A stretch of DNA of 63,103 nt, counting the filler, from Octopus bimaculoides (taxonomy: Eukaryota): NCBI RefSeq assembly GCF_001194135.2. It is 5 parts of 5 records of this genome, joined end to end, with 100 filler letters (N's around TTAATTAATTAA, not from the genome) between each part and the next. Parts side by side here need not be neighbours in the genome. Positions count along the whole stretch, not along the records: positions 61,250 to 63,103 come from NW_026303552.1; 4 more parts are not named here. One strand, given 5' to 3'. The notes beneath the pieces are model-generated. The model was not told the origin of the DNA, did not search any database, and was given only the letters and a program-made list of their open reading frames with translations. The translations under genes and the position numbers were made by a program. Below are positions 61,873 through 63,103 of the stretch, piece by piece (positions within the stretch are counted from its first letter, which is position 1; each line of letters begins with the position of its first letter).

Positions 61873-62112
61873 GTATACATATATATGCATGTATGTATAT
61901 ATACATATGTATACACACATACACACATATATGTATATGTATGTGCATGTATATACGTATATATATATATATATGCGTATGTATATATTTTTTATATATG
62001 CCTTTATTACTTTACTATGGCTCATTTATTTCCATCGCTTCTTCCTTTTCCTTATTTTCTAAATTTATCATCTTTTGTTATACATGCATATATACACACA
62101 CACATACATACA

Positions 62113-62162
<50 letters not shown>

Positions 62163-63072
62163 NNNNNNNNNNNNNNNNNNNNNNNNNNNNNNNNNNNNNN
62201 NNNNNNNNNNNNNNNNNNNNNNNNNNNNNNNNNNNNNNNNNNNNNNNNNNNNNNNNNNNNNNNNNNNNNNNNNNNNNNNNNNNNNNNNNNNNNNNNNNNN
62301 NNNNNNNNNNNNNNNNNNNNNNNNNNNNNNNNNNNNNNNNNNNNNNNNNNNNNNNNNNNNNNNNNNNNNNNNNNNNNNNNNNNNNNNNNNNNNNNNNNNN
62401 NNNNNNNNNNNNNNNNNNNNNNNNNNNNNNNNNNNNNNNNNNNNNNNNNNNNNNNNNNNNNNNNNNNNNNNNNNNNNNNNNNNNNNNNNNNNNNNNNNNN
62501 NNNNNNNNNNNNNNNNNNNNNNNNNNNNNNNNNNNNNNNNNNNNNNNNNNNNNNNNNNNNNNNNNNNNNNNNNNNNNNNNNNNNATATATATATATATAA
62601 TGTTGTATCTGTGTTTGTATTTTCTATTTCTGTTTTATCGAAAGACAAAATGTCTTTATTATTCTTTGCTCTTTTACTTTTCCATTTTTTTCCTTCTGCG
62701 GTTCCTTTCATCCGTGCTTAGATTCTTGCAATTAATATCTTCTATTATTGAATTTCAGAGTAACTATTAGAAATATAAAATGTCCAGGCTTTAGAGTTGG
62801 CATATTTCAAATGCTAAATGTATGTATAAGCATATAAAAGACGTGTGTATATTTGCCTGCTTATATGTACATGCATGCGCACATATGTGTATGTGTGCAT
62901 GAACATGTTTGTACATATGTGTTATGTACATACATATATCTACATGCAGATATATACTTATACGTATATACATGTATGCTAATATCCACAAGCACACAAA
63001 CATATACATATGCAAATTATATATGTTTACACACACACGCACACACACGATATATACGATATATGTATATCG

Positions 63073-63103
<31 letters not shown>

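Overview
This is eukaryotic, AT-rich, non-coding-looking genomic DNA from a gappy short-read scaffold. It has many N runs and four synthetic 100-bp N44-TTAATTAATTAA-N44 joins. The extreme microsatellite density and the tRNA-derived SINE families suggest a coleoid cephalopod, most likely Octopus (inference from recall, not a database hit). I recognise no host protein-coding gene, no rRNA or true tRNA, no CRISPR array and no prokaryotic system; most long ORFs in the track are N-run or microsatellite artefacts. What I can support: (1) about ten decayed fragments of R4/Dong-clade non-LTR retrotransposons (RT, CCHC knuckle, restriction-like endonuclease), all on the + strand and mostly stacked in (TAA)n arrays; (2) four tRNA-headed SINE families (called A-D here), some with clean target-site duplications; (3) Tc1/mariner relics and MITEs, including a ~545-bp palindromic mariner; (4) Penelope-like GIY-YIG relics, a CR1/L2-type RT relic and a DINE-1/HINE-like element; (5) a 1.4-kb 24-bp minisatellite with higher-order structure. 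The best leads are structured-RNA signals: a nearly complete type I hammerhead ribozyme (3981-4043), a minimal Penelope-type hammerhead core (49521-49550), a 71-nt pre-miRNA-like hairpin in unique sequence (59801-59871), and a long inverted repeat with strongly one-sided mismatches (35071-35346). All alignments, translations and counts were done by eye.
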